Below are positions 30,601 to 38,248 of a stretch of DNA of 64,000 nt, piece by piece. The notes under the pieces are model-generated. The model was not told the origin of the DNA, searched no databases, and saw nothing but the letters and a program-made list of their open reading frames with translations. The stretch comes from an uncultured Bacteroidia bacterium. Its GTDB lineage: Bacteria > Bacteroidota > Bacteroidia > J057 > CALLMJ01. The translations under genes and the position numbers were made by a program. The stretch's first letter is position 1; every line of letters starts with the position of its first letter. The DNA lies in assembly GCA_938005475.1 (NCBI GenBank), contig CALLNY010000005.1, positions 5,684-69,683 of the forward strand. Direction: 5' to 3'.

Positions 30601-30663
30601 TTGGGAATTTGTAAATTCAAAAAATATAAAAAAACAAACCGTAAAAGCTAACAGTAGTTTCAT
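27616..30663 (-). CDS. Periplasmic beta-propeller + Y_Y_Y + TM + PP2C/SpoIIE phosphatase sensor
   Basis: Signal peptide, repeated DKDQNLWVGT / DSKGNIWIGT blades, YTFHVRA..PPWYRT, then SGDFY, ADCTGHGVPGA, DGMD, SDGIIDQFGG, TDDV. Confidence 0.9.
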   Translation of the reverse strand: MKLLLAFTVCFFIFFEFTNSQNPLFRNFSYKEMGANSLIWHIVQCENNFLYLANNDGVLIYDGTNWKLIETPNPVRYLALGPNKIIFVGCKEDFGALIPNQNHHYVYKSYKNLLDNKLSFNEVINIHVIGNQATFVTDKSIYHLDISNLNNKPTQLKWNETIDGSGSNKNEVWIYSEKSGFKAIKNKNIYDLKNFETLSTSGLYKSTRWNDKQLIVTLADELFWLDGSLKPFKTEGDAAFAKYHIVDVACFSNGNIAVGTYSAGVYIIDKQGKIIKRVVKGNLIPDNNIYSIFIDKDQNLWVGTSKGVTQILFNLPLEIYNIDNIGGKITSLIEWNGDLYLTANTGAYKKTGNQFISLKGLENTECWKIVNHKNKLYIASNFGISVVNEVNTQLIYREKPVYYLNSQADLLWFAGQDCAGNIQLIDGKHKINNFIENVSLETNSIVKDSKGNIWIGTNYKGLVKFIPPSTAKFYGIEEGIPAAKAIVHFINHQLIVETNKGYFIPENENKFQPFNALKNAKPNLWGANSLLITYDNQGILPFKISNNQIIPDSISFNRFRKELPTAFYSDGNNSWIAFSDQLHKLNLSQYQSPKSLKTFIRFFENESDILYGGLSDFKKQNSKSIVVPYGEVLKVIASSNDLQSGEGLSYQFKIGGLIENWSEWQSSPIFTLNGITEGQYTFHVRAQAADGTVGEPDYIHVYITPPWYRTLWAYIIYLFVVIFLIWLLIQYNLKRLERRNAELAQKIEEATQEINQQKKELEIINQEIYESIVYAKRIQEAILPSPNDYASYLNISIIYKPRDIVSGDFYFFDKQGNNLFLVAADCTGHGVPGALMSMLGQNSLQSIITENAISEPAEILQLLDLRVQVLLHQQGGSSKDGMDMVLVKLDLNSKMLEFAGANRPLMILKKNQELIEMKPDRFPIGGDQYANKIFTSRNIQLETGDRFYIFSDGIIDQFGGPEGRKFTPKKLRTLIKESVKLSLNEQIQVIDKAFDEWKGNYQQTDDVLFIGFEVK

Positions 30664-30681
30664 TTAATTTTAAATAAACTG

Positions 30682-30689
30682 CAAAAATA
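30682..30689 (-). promoter_or_regulatory. -7 promoter element (divergent pair)
   Basis: TATTTTTG on the minus strand, upstream of the PP2C sensor. Confidence 0.55.
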
Positions 30690-30747
30690 AAAATTTTTTT
30701 GAACTTTAAAAATCTGAAAATATTTCCTGTTAAAGTAAAAAAATTTC

Positions 30748-30755
30748 TAACTTTG
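30748..30755 (+). promoter_or_regulatory. -7 promoter element (divergent pair)
   Basis: TAACTTTG upstream of the transketolase subunit. Confidence 0.65.
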
Positions 30756-30768
30756 CCAAGTTATAGTT

Positions 30769-31725
30769 ATGAAGAAGTTTGAATTTTCTGTTAAAAAAGA
30801 TACACGTTCAGGATTTGGAGATGGGCTTTTAGAAGTTGGTAAGAAAAATGAAAAAATAGTAGGATTATGTGCAGATTTAACAGGTTCTTTGAAAATGAAT
30901 GCTTTTCAGAAACAATTTCCGAACCGTTTTTTTCAATGCGGTATAGCGGAGGCTAATATGATGGGCGTAGCGGCTGGTATGGCAACGGTAGGTTTAATTC
31001 CTTACACGGGAACTTTCGCTAATTTTGCAACTGGAAGAGTTTATGACCAGATTCGTCAATCTATTGCTTATTCCCAAAAAAATGTAAAAATTTGTGCTTC
31101 CCATGCAGGTTTAACCCTTGGCGAGGATGGTGCTACACATCAAATTTTAGAGGATATAGGTTTAATGAAAATGTTACCACATATGACTGTCGTCGTTCCA
31201 GCTGATTACAACCAAACCAAACAAGCTACCATAGCTATTGCAGATATTCAAGGACCTGTTTATTTACGTTTCGGTAGACCTTCATGGCCTGTATTTCTTC
31301 CCGAAAATGACTCTTCCTTTCAAATTGGTAAAGCACAAATCCTGCAAGAAGGTAAAGATGTAACTATTTTCGCTTGTGGGCACTTAGTATGGAATGCCTT
31401 AAAAGCCGCTGAAATTCTTTATGAACAAAATATTGCTGTTGAAGTAATTAATATCCATACTATCAAACCTTTAGATAAAGAAGCAATACTAAAATCAGTT
31501 TCCAAAACGCGTTGTGTAGTTACAGCCGAAGAACACCAAAAAAATGGCGGTTTAGGAGATACCATTGCACAACTTTTAGCTGAACAACTACCAACTCCTA
31601 TTGAATTTATTGCAGTGAATGACTCCTTCGGACAAAGCGGTACTCCTGCTGAATTATTAAAAGTATACCATCTTGATATTCCTGATATTATAGACGCTGT
31701 AAAAAAAGTACTAACTCGTAAATAA
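30769..31725 (+). CDS. Transketolase C-terminal (pyrimidine-binding) subunit
   Basis: [44 protein letters not shown]. Confidence 0.93.
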   Translation: MKKFEFSVKKDTRSGFGDGLLEVGKKNEKIVGLCADLTGSLKMNAFQKQFPNRFFQCGIAEANMMGVAAGMATVGLIPYTGTFANFATGRVYDQIRQSIAYSQKNVKICASHAGLTLGEDGATHQILEDIGLMKMLPHMTVVVPADYNQTKQATIAIADIQGPVYLRFGRPSWPVFLPENDSSFQIGKAQILQEGKDVTIFACGHLVWNALKAAEILYEQNIAVEVINIHTIKPLDKEAILKSVSKTRCVVTAEEHQKNGGLGDTIAQLLAEQLPTPIEFIAVNDSFGQSGTPAELLKVYHLDIPDIIDAVKKVLTRK

Positions 31726-31764
31726 TTTATTATCATGTTATTACCAATAATCAAAAAATTTATC

Positions 31765-32817
31765 ATGAAAATAAATTTATTATTACTAATTGTTACGGCT
31801 TTAATGTTAAGCGCTTGTGGAACGAGGTCAGTAGGGTTTCAAGCACTTGAGCCAGGGAAAATTACCTTACCAGCCGATGTGAAAACCATAGCAGTAATAA
31901 ACCGATATAAGCCTGATAGAACGAAAGATAAAGCATTAAATTTTATTGAAGGTTTATTAACAGGAGAAATGGTAGGCACAGATTTAGTCGGCTCAAGGGC
32001 GGCAGTAGAAGGATTGCAACAGAAGCTTTCCCAGAGTCCAAGAGTTAAGGTAATTTTTGTCCCATATGAACTAAAAGGTTCTGGGACAGGCTTCTTCCCT
32101 AACCCTCTTGACCCATCTGAAGTAAAAAGAATTTGTGAACAATACGCTGCTGATGCCTTGGTTACATTAGAAGCATTTGACCATGACGTTTCTCGTAGAA
32201 TTAAAAGAATAGAAACCAAGAGGACGGAGAATGGTAAGGAAATCATAGATATAAAATTCAGGGCAACGAAATGGATAAGAATCAATGCAGGTTGGAGGGT
32301 ATATGATGCTACGGGGACAAAACTGATAGATGAACACCAAATCTTAACGGAGATGGGGTTTGATAATATTGCCTCAACGGAGGCAGCTGCCTTTGCAGGC
32401 CTTCCTAATGCTATGGATTTAGTACCTCTCGTTGGTAATCGTGCAGGTTTTGATTATGCTACAAGAATTGCACCACATTATGTTTGGATTACACGTTCTT
32501 TTTATGCTAAAACCAAGAATCAAAATATCAGAGAAGGTGCTGAAAAAGCCCGTTTTCACTATTGGAGCGAAGCCGCAGAAAAATGGATTAAAGCCACTGA
32601 AGATCCTGACCCCAAAATAGCCGCTAAAGCGTGTTTTAACATGTCCATTGCTGCCGAAGCTATGGGAAATTTTGACGTGGCAGAATCCTGGGCAAGAAAA
32701 GCCTATGAAAAACATCCTAAATCAAAGTATAACAATCGTATATGGGAAATTAAAGATAGAATACAACGTTCTAAGCGTTTAGACGTACAAATGGCTCCCG
32801 TCGAAGATAATCCTTAA
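31765..32817 (+). CDS. DUF6340-like lipoprotein with C-terminal TPR
   Basis: Lipobox LSAC, EPGKITLP..KTIAVINR, AKACFNMSIAAEAMGNFDVAESWA. Alternative start at 31735. Confidence 0.7.
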   Translation: MKINLLLLIVTALMLSACGTRSVGFQALEPGKITLPADVKTIAVINRYKPDRTKDKALNFIEGLLTGEMVGTDLVGSRAAVEGLQQKLSQSPRVKVIFVPYELKGSGTGFFPNPLDPSEVKRICEQYAADALVTLEAFDHDVSRRIKRIETKRTENGKEIIDIKFRATKWIRINAGWRVYDATGTKLIDEHQILTEMGFDNIASTEAAAFAGLPNAMDLVPLVGNRAGFDYATRIAPHYVWITRSFYAKTKNQNIREGAEKARFHYWSEAAEKWIKATEDPDPKIAAKACFNMSIAAEAMGNFDVAESWARKAYEKHPKSKYNNRIWEIKDRIQRSKRLDVQMAPVEDNP

Positions 32818-32849
32818 TTTTTCTGCCTTATAATCAATAAGTTATAAAA

Positions 32850-32857
32850 TAAATTTG
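32850..32857 (+). promoter_or_regulatory. -7 promoter element
   Basis: TAAATTTG upstream of the O-methyltransferase. Confidence 0.45.
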
Positions 32858-32917
32858 CAAAACAAATATTTTGTAAGTAATTTTACCTAATTATTCAACA
32901 AACGCTTAAATACTTCA

Positions 32918-33556
32918 ATGAAAATCATAGCTGATGAAATTCAATCATACGTGGAAAATTATATAGATAAAGAACCTTTCTTACTTTCTGAATTAAATAA
33001 AGAAACTCACCAAAAAACCATGTTTCCAAGAATGATCTCTGGAAACTACCAAGGTAGGTTATTGAGTTTTCTTTCTAAATTAGTTCAACCGAAATATATT
33101 CTGGAAGTAGGTACTTACACAGGTTACGCGAGTTTATGTTTAGCAGAGGGCTTAGCAAAAGATGGTAAAGTAATTACTATCGAAGTGGACCCTGAATTAC
33201 AAATTTATTCTCAAAAATACTTTGATTTATCGGAACTGGGTCATTTGGTAGAACAAAAAATTGGAGACGCTTTAGATATTGTTCCTTCGTTGGAGCATGA
33301 ATTTGATTTAATCTTCCTTGATGCCGATAAAATGCGATATTTAGATTACTATGAAGCCTTATTACCCAAATTACGTAAAGGTGGGCTTTTGATAACAGAC
33401 AACGTCCTATGGAGCGGTCAAGTAGTTGATAAAAGATTTGATGACAAAACAACTAATTCTCTACGAGAATTTAATGACTATGTGGCCTCAGACGAAAGAG
33501 TCGATAAAATTATTCTTCCTATTCGTGATGGGCTCTTCTTAATACGTAAAAAATAG
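32918..33556 (+). CDS. Class I SAM-dependent O-methyltransferase (caffeoyl-CoA OMT-like)
   Basis: MISGNYQGRLL, LEVGTYTGYAS, FLDADK, DNVLWSG, LPIRDGL. Confidence 0.92.
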   Translation: MKIIADEIQSYVENYIDKEPFLLSELNKETHQKTMFPRMISGNYQGRLLSFLSKLVQPKYILEVGTYTGYASLCLAEGLAKDGKVITIEVDPELQIYSQKYFDLSELGHLVEQKIGDALDIVPSLEHEFDLIFLDADKMRYLDYYEALLPKLRKGGLLITDNVLWSGQVVDKRFDDKTTNSLREFNDYVASDERVDKIILPIRDGLFLIRKK

Positions 33557-33574
33557 TTTTACCTACCTAAATCA

Positions 33575-33602
33575 AAAAGATGACCTTTAACGGTCATCTT
33601 TT
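33575..33602. terminator. Bidirectional terminator between convergent genes
   Basis: AAAAGATGACC-TTTAAC-GGTCATCTTTT, 11-bp perfect inverted repeat overlapping the stop of the minus-strand gene. Confidence 0.85.
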
Positions 33603-34009
33603 CTCATTCCATATTTCAAAGTAAATTCTTTGTATATTCTGTTCAAATATTTTTCTTCGCCTTCTGTTAACTCCCCAACTTCCGCTATAATCTCAAATAA
33701 ATCATACATAGCATCTAAATGAATAGCATTAGCTTGCCCCGAATTAACAAATTTATCAAAGAATTCAAGTCCTTTTTCCAAATGGTCAGCAGGCTCCCAT
33801 GATTTGTAATCGGGGTCATCATTAAGTTGTAAAATCATTTTCATGATATCATCATAGTCCGCAGGTAGCCCATGACGCATCTTGTAGACTAAGATTTCTA
33901 TTTTTTCCACCTCTGATACAGAAAGCCCTGCATCCGCTTTAATTAAACCACCCAAAATATGTGCCAATGCCGCACAAGCCTCATCATAATTTGTTATTAC
34001 ATTTAGCAT
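33587..34009 (-). CDS. Hypothetical protein, TerB-like helical fold
   Basis: LIKADAGLSVSEVEKI and IAEVGELTEGEEKYL resemble the two AxDG..sxxE repeats of TerB. The promoter at 34032 supports a start at 34009. Confidence 0.6.
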   Translation of the reverse strand: MLNVITNYDEACAALAHILGGLIKADAGLSVSEVEKIEILVYKMRHGLPADYDDIMKMILQLNDDPDYKSWEPADHLEKGLEFFDKFVNSGQANAIHLDAMYDLFEIIAEVGELTEGEEKYLNRIYKEFTLKYGMRKDDR

Positions 34010-34031
34010 ATCTTTATTCAGTTTAACTACG

Positions 34032-34039
34032 CAAAAATA
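34032..34039 (-). promoter_or_regulatory. -7 promoter element
   Basis: TATTTTTG on the minus strand. Confidence 0.6.
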
Positions 34040-34243
34040 CGAATTTATTAACAAGTAAAAATGTTTTTTTCTCTCTTACTCCTTTCTGTGCATAATTCTA
34101 TCATGACCACAATAAAAATTTACTATTCAAATAATTAAAATTTTTTTCACATGTTTATAATACCCTAAATTTTCGGTTGTAAACAATTACAATTTTGTAA
34201 ACCTCCTTTTGATTTTAATTTTGTTTTTAAAATCTTTACCAAA

Positions 34244-34681
34244 ATGCAAATAAAAATATTTATTAGTTTTTTTATATTGATAATCACGTTATTAGGTTGT
34301 AATGAAACTCGTAGAGAAGCTGTCAATAGAGCTTTTAATGGTGAAGCATCTTCCTCTAACATAGCCGAAGGTAACGAAGAAAAAATTAAGCTTCATTGGA
34401 ATAAAATTTATAATCTTAAAGGTACTAAATCCAAAAAATCCAAAGTTTTTAAAATTACAGGTAAAGAATGGAAAATATCTTGGAAAACAAACCCTCAAAA
34501 AAATAAAGAAGGTGAATTTATCCTTTTATTAAGAGATAAAAGAAACAAAAGTGATGCTGAAATTATCGCTAATGTAACTGGTGCAGACGAAGATACTCGC
34601 TACCTTAATTCCAAAGGAAATTATTACTTAGTAGTAAATACTAACCAAAACTACGAGATTACAGTAGAAGAACTTAAATAA
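34244..34681 (+). CDS. Hypothetical lipoprotein (beta-sandwich domain)
   Basis: Lipobox LLGC, alternating beta-strand patterns WKISW, GNYYLVV. Confidence 0.75.
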   Translation: MQIKIFISFFILIITLLGCNETRREAVNRAFNGEASSSNIAEGNEEKIKLHWNKIYNLKGTKSKKSKVFKITGKEWKISWKTNPQKNKEGEFILLLRDKRNKSDAEIIANVTGADEDTRYLNSKGNYYLVVNTNQNYEITVEELK

Positions 34682-35555
34682 CTGTTCTACTAAAAATTTC
34701 ATACCATTTCAATGTTGCTCTCACAAAGTTTTTACACGCATCCTGATAATACGGAAAATATAATGAAGGTTCTATAAGTTCTACTTCCATAATTAGCCAT
34801 TTATCGCTCTTTCTTACTAGATCTATTCTTGCATATAGTAAAAGACCCAATCTATTGTTCAAATATTGAATAACTGAATTTGCAATAGCTAAAAGGTCAT
34901 CAGGCGCATTAAAAGGCTGAATTCTTCCACCGTGCTCTTCCTGAACCCTAAAATCATCTGGCTTAGGAGTCTTTTTTACTGCGTGAGAATATTCTCCATT
35001 AAAATAAATCAAAGAAATTTCACCTTCATTTTCTATACTTTCAAGAAAAGGCTGTAAGATATATGGTTTATTTTCAAAAATAATTTTTAAATGTTTATAA
35101 TCCTTGTAACTTTCAATGATATAAGTATTATCAGAATTTGCACTGATTTGTGGTTTAATTACTAAATATGGATTATTAAAGTTAGATATTACTGATTGAT
35201 AGTCTTTTGGACTAATTATAGTATCTAAAAAAACAGAAGGTATTACAGGAAACATGTGTTCTTTTAACGCTCTCAAATACGTTTTATTGACATTCCATAA
35301 AACAGTTTCTAACGAATTAGCAAGTAGTGTTTGAGATTGTATAGTTTTTAAAACATGAATAAATTCACTCCATTTTTGTTGATAATCCCATGGTGAACGT
35401 ATAACTACCAAATCGTAATTAGACCATTCTTTTTTCTTTGTCCAAGGAATTGGTATTACCTGTATTCCTAACTTCTCAAAAAATGGTATACATAAAGAAT
35501 CATAGATTACAAAACCCTCTGGGTTTTCTAACGTCAAAAAAGCTATCCGCTTCAT
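34674..35555 (-). CDS. ATP-grasp (RimK/glutathione-synthetase-like) ligase
   Basis: DLVVIRSPWDYQ, WNVNKTYL, VIKP, QPFL..GEISL, DFRVQEEHGG, YARIDL, EVELIEPSLYF. Confidence 0.85.
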   Translation of the reverse strand: MKRIAFLTLENPEGFVIYDSLCIPFFEKLGIQVIPIPWTKKKEWSNYDLVVIRSPWDYQQKWSEFIHVLKTIQSQTLLANSLETVLWNVNKTYLRALKEHMFPVIPSVFLDTIISPKDYQSVISNFNNPYLVIKPQISANSDNTYIIESYKDYKHLKIIFENKPYILQPFLESIENEGEISLIYFNGEYSHAVKKTPKPDDFRVQEEHGGRIQPFNAPDDLLAIANSVIQYLNNRLGLLLYARIDLVRKSDKWLIMEVELIEPSLYFPYYQDACKNFVRATLKWYEIFSRTVI

Positions 35556-35971
35556 AATATGCTCGAAAACAAATTCACAATTTCTTTTCTTTGCTCAATA
35601 ATATTTGTAATAACAATATCCTCTATTGTATGAATTTGCACAAGTAAATCTTGTGTCTCTCGTTGAGAAATTTTGGGATAGCCAATTAAAAAGTAATCAT
35701 AATCTTTTAGATTAGCCTTTCTTTGGAAATTATTCTTGAATAAATACCAACTTCTGTCTATTTCGTTACTGAAATAAATTTCAGGTAAATTTGGAAGTGA
35801 AAACTCTATATGTTCATTATTATAAAGTACAAAATTTGTATTTAATGACTTATTTAATAGAAAAGCAACTTTATATATCGGCTTTGGGCTAATTATCCCT
35901 AACAAAGAAAAATTTTCTTCTTTTTCTACGGTAATTTTAGCTAATTTATTTTTTATTGGGTTTGGCTTCAT
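35552..35971 (-). CDS. IPExxxVDY family protein (divergent)
   Basis: FSLLGIISPKPIYKVAFLLNKSLNTNF N-terminal signature, DYFL. ATGA overlap with the ATP-grasp gene. Confidence 0.7.
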   Translation of the reverse strand: MKPNPIKNKLAKITVEKEENFSLLGIISPKPIYKVAFLLNKSLNTNFVLYNNEHIEFSLPNLPEIYFSNEIDRSWYLFKNNFQRKANLKDYDYFLIGYPKISQRETQDLLVQIHTIEDIVITNIIEQRKEIVNLFSSIL

Positions 35972-35978
35972 TGCATGG

Positions 35979-35986
35979 CAAATATA
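35979..35986 (-). promoter_or_regulatory. -7 promoter element
   Basis: TATATTTG 7 nt before the ATG at 35971. Confidence 0.6.
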
Positions 35987-36139
35987 AGAAAATCACTAAA
36001 AAAATCTATAAAATAATCCATCTTTCCTTAAACTTTTTATCTCCTCTTTTTAAACGTTACTTTGTTGTTTGTGAACTTTATATTCATTACCATACTCCAC
36101 GAATTAATTTTTTTATTTTATTTGTAATTTTTTTGACAG

Positions 36140-36841
36140 ATGTCTATAAAAATTTTCAAGCTCATCTTCTTTACCGTTGCTTTCTTACAAATTCTCGGGG
36201 AAGTTTTTTTTCATTTTACCCAAAATAAAATCGGTATTTATCTCTTTAAACCCCTTTTGATGCCTGTATTGATGTTTTATTTTTACTTTGCTATTCCTTT
36301 TAAAAATGATATCCTAACGAAAATTTTACTCGTCTCCTTATTTTTCTCTTTGCTCGGAGATATATTTTTAATGTTATCTAATGATGCTTTTATATTAGGA
36401 TTAGCTTCGTTTTTGGTTGCTCACTCGTTATATATCTTTGCTTTCTGGAAGGAAAATGAAGGTTTCCCTGAAACTTCTCTCAAAACTATACTTTTACGTT
36501 CAATGGTACTATTATTTCCAGCCGCTATCTTATTTGGAGAAATGCAAAAAAATCTAGGTGACCTTACTCTCCCCGTAGTCATTTATATACTTGTAATTGA
36601 AACTATGGGATTAACTGCTTGGTTACGCAGAGAATATCAATCCTTGAATGCTTACTTTCTTACCTTCTTAGGCGCCATTCTCTTTATTATCTCTGACTCC
36701 ACTATCGCTTTTAATAAGTTCATTCAACCTTTTGATTTTGCTAACGTACTAATTATGACTACTTATATTCTCGGGCAATTCTTTATTATTGAAGGTATAA
36801 TTCATTCGCAATATTATGCTATTCATCATAAACAAAATTAA
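36140..36841 (+). CDS. yhhN: YhhN family lysoplasmalogenase-like membrane hydrolase
   Basis: KPLLMP, SLLGDIFL, GLASFLVAHSLY, PVVIYI, FIISDS..AFNKF, TYILGQ. Confidence 0.9.
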   Translation: MSIKIFKLIFFTVAFLQILGEVFFHFTQNKIGIYLFKPLLMPVLMFYFYFAIPFKNDILTKILLVSLFFSLLGDIFLMLSNDAFILGLASFLVAHSLYIFAFWKENEGFPETSLKTILLRSMVLLFPAAILFGEMQKNLGDLTLPVVIYILVIETMGLTAWLRREYQSLNAYFLTFLGAILFIISDSTIAFNKFIQPFDFANVLIMTTYILGQFFIIEGIIHSQYYAIHHKQN

Positions 36842-36971
36842 AATCATACTTCGTTGGACGGTATGGCTTACTGCTATTCTTGGTTGCCAAAATCTAAAAG
36901 AAATGCAACCCCAAGAAAAAGATATTCTCTTTATTCATCCCGACTCCACTAATCAAACTATTCGCTCTTAA
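36816..36971 (+). CDS. Putative small lipoprotein (51 aa, absent from ORF track)
   Basis: MLFIINKIKIILRWTVWLTAILG-CQNLKEMQPQEKDILFIHPDSTNQTIRS. Basic n-region, h-region, lipobox ILGC. Fills the yhhN-tilS gap exactly. Confidence 0.5.
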   Translation: MLFIINKIKIILRWTVWLTAILGCQNLKEMQPQEKDILFIHPDSTNQTIRS

Positions 36972-36977
36972 ACCTAT

Positions 36978-38186
36978 ATGGAAATTATACCTTTTTTAGA
37001 AAAATACGTCCCCGATTACCATGAAAAAAAATATTTACTTGCTGTAAGTGGTGGAGTAGACTCTATGGTGCTTTTGTATTTATTTGCTAATACTAAACTA
37101 TACTTTGAAGTTTGTCATGTCAATTTTCAATTGAGAGGTAAAGAATCCGATGAAGATGAAAAGTTTGTCGTAGATTCATGTAACAAGTTTGGTATTTTAG
37201 TGCATGTTATAAAAGCCAACACTAAACTTTATGCAAAGCAAAATCAGCTATCCAAACAAGAAGCCGCACGAGCTATACGCTACCAAGCCTTTCAAAATCT
37301 TTGTAATCAAAATCATTTAAACTATATCGTTACCGCTCACCATCTTAACGATTTCACCGAAAATTTGTTGTACAGCTTTATCAAGTCCTCCTATCATCAT
37401 GTTATTGAAAACCTGCCACCTATTCACCAAAACATTATACGCCCTTTAATCTATTACAAAAAACAAGATATTTTATATTTCGCTGCCCTAAAAAAAGTTT
37501 CATTCCGCGAAGATAGTTCTAATCTCCTAAACGACTACTCAAGAAATAAGATTCGTAATCAAGTTATCCCCGTCCTAAAAGAAATACAACCCCGTTTAGA
37601 AACTTTTTTACTAAAAAAATGGAATAACTACGAAAAAAAAGAACGCTTTATTTACCAACACCTTCAAAACCTTTACCTTAACTCTGTTCATGAAATACAT
37701 CCTAAAATACGAATTTGGAAACCCGACCCTACACTTAACTCCGATACCACTTTACTTTTCATCCAATTCCTTATAGACCATATTTTTCATTTAAAACTCC
37801 TTTCCGACCAGCAAATTATGTATGTTCTACAATACTCTCAAAAAGGTAGAATGCTCGTAGATAAAGAATGGTCTATCCTCAAAGAAAAAAAAGCATTAAG
37901 CTTTGTACATCAAAGTATTTTAGAATATTCTGAAGAAATTATAGTACATGCTCCTCAAAATACTTACTCATGGAATATCTTTACCTTAACGCTAAAAAAT
38001 ACTTACCAATACCCGATTACTATTAGAAAATGGAAATCGGGAGATGTATTCAAAAACCAAAAATTAAGCAATTATTTTACAAAAAAACAGTACCCTGCAT
38101 GGCTTAAAAAAATAGCATACGTCATTGAAAGCCCAACAAAAAAAATCCTAGACATTTGTCCTCTCTTTACGACCTTTCTTTCTTAA
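36978..38186 (+). CDS. tilS: tRNA(Ile)-lysidine synthetase
   Basis: AVSGGVDS PP-loop, HVNFQLRG, ARAIRY, TAHHLND, IIRPL, REDSSN..YSRNKIR. Confidence 0.95.
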   Translation: MEIIPFLEKYVPDYHEKKYLLAVSGGVDSMVLLYLFANTKLYFEVCHVNFQLRGKESDEDEKFVVDSCNKFGILVHVIKANTKLYAKQNQLSKQEAARAIRYQAFQNLCNQNHLNYIVTAHHLNDFTENLLYSFIKSSYHHVIENLPPIHQNIIRPLIYYKKQDILYFAALKKVSFREDSSNLLNDYSRNKIRNQVIPVLKEIQPRLETFLLKKWNNYEKKERFIYQHLQNLYLNSVHEIHPKIRIWKPDPTLNSDTTLLFIQFLIDHIFHLKLLSDQQIMYVLQYSQKGRMLVDKEWSILKEKKALSFVHQSILEYSEEIIVHAPQNTYSWNIFTLTLKNTYQYPITIRKWKSGDVFKNQKLSNYFTKKQYPAWLKKIAYVIESPTKKILDICPLFTTFLS

Positions 38187-38224
38187 AAAAATATAAATTG
38201 TTCAATATTCTGTTGGATTTGTTG

Positions 38225-38232
38225 TAACTTTG
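38225..38232 (+). promoter_or_regulatory. -7 promoter element
   Basis: TAACTTTG upstream of the first M1 peptidase. Confidence 0.6.
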
Positions 38233-38248
38233 AAGGCAAAATAAAGAC

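Noticed and set aside
31800-32460. G-rich patch inside the DUF6340-like gene (32221-32280: 17 G/5 C) in an otherwise C-rich region
   Set aside because: It can be explained by amino-acid composition and codon position-1 bias; there are no flanking repeats or other sign of transfer.
32832-32844. AATCAATAAGTTA matches the IHF consensus WATCAANNNNTTR
   Set aside because: Single degenerate AT-rich match with no supporting recombination or regulatory context.
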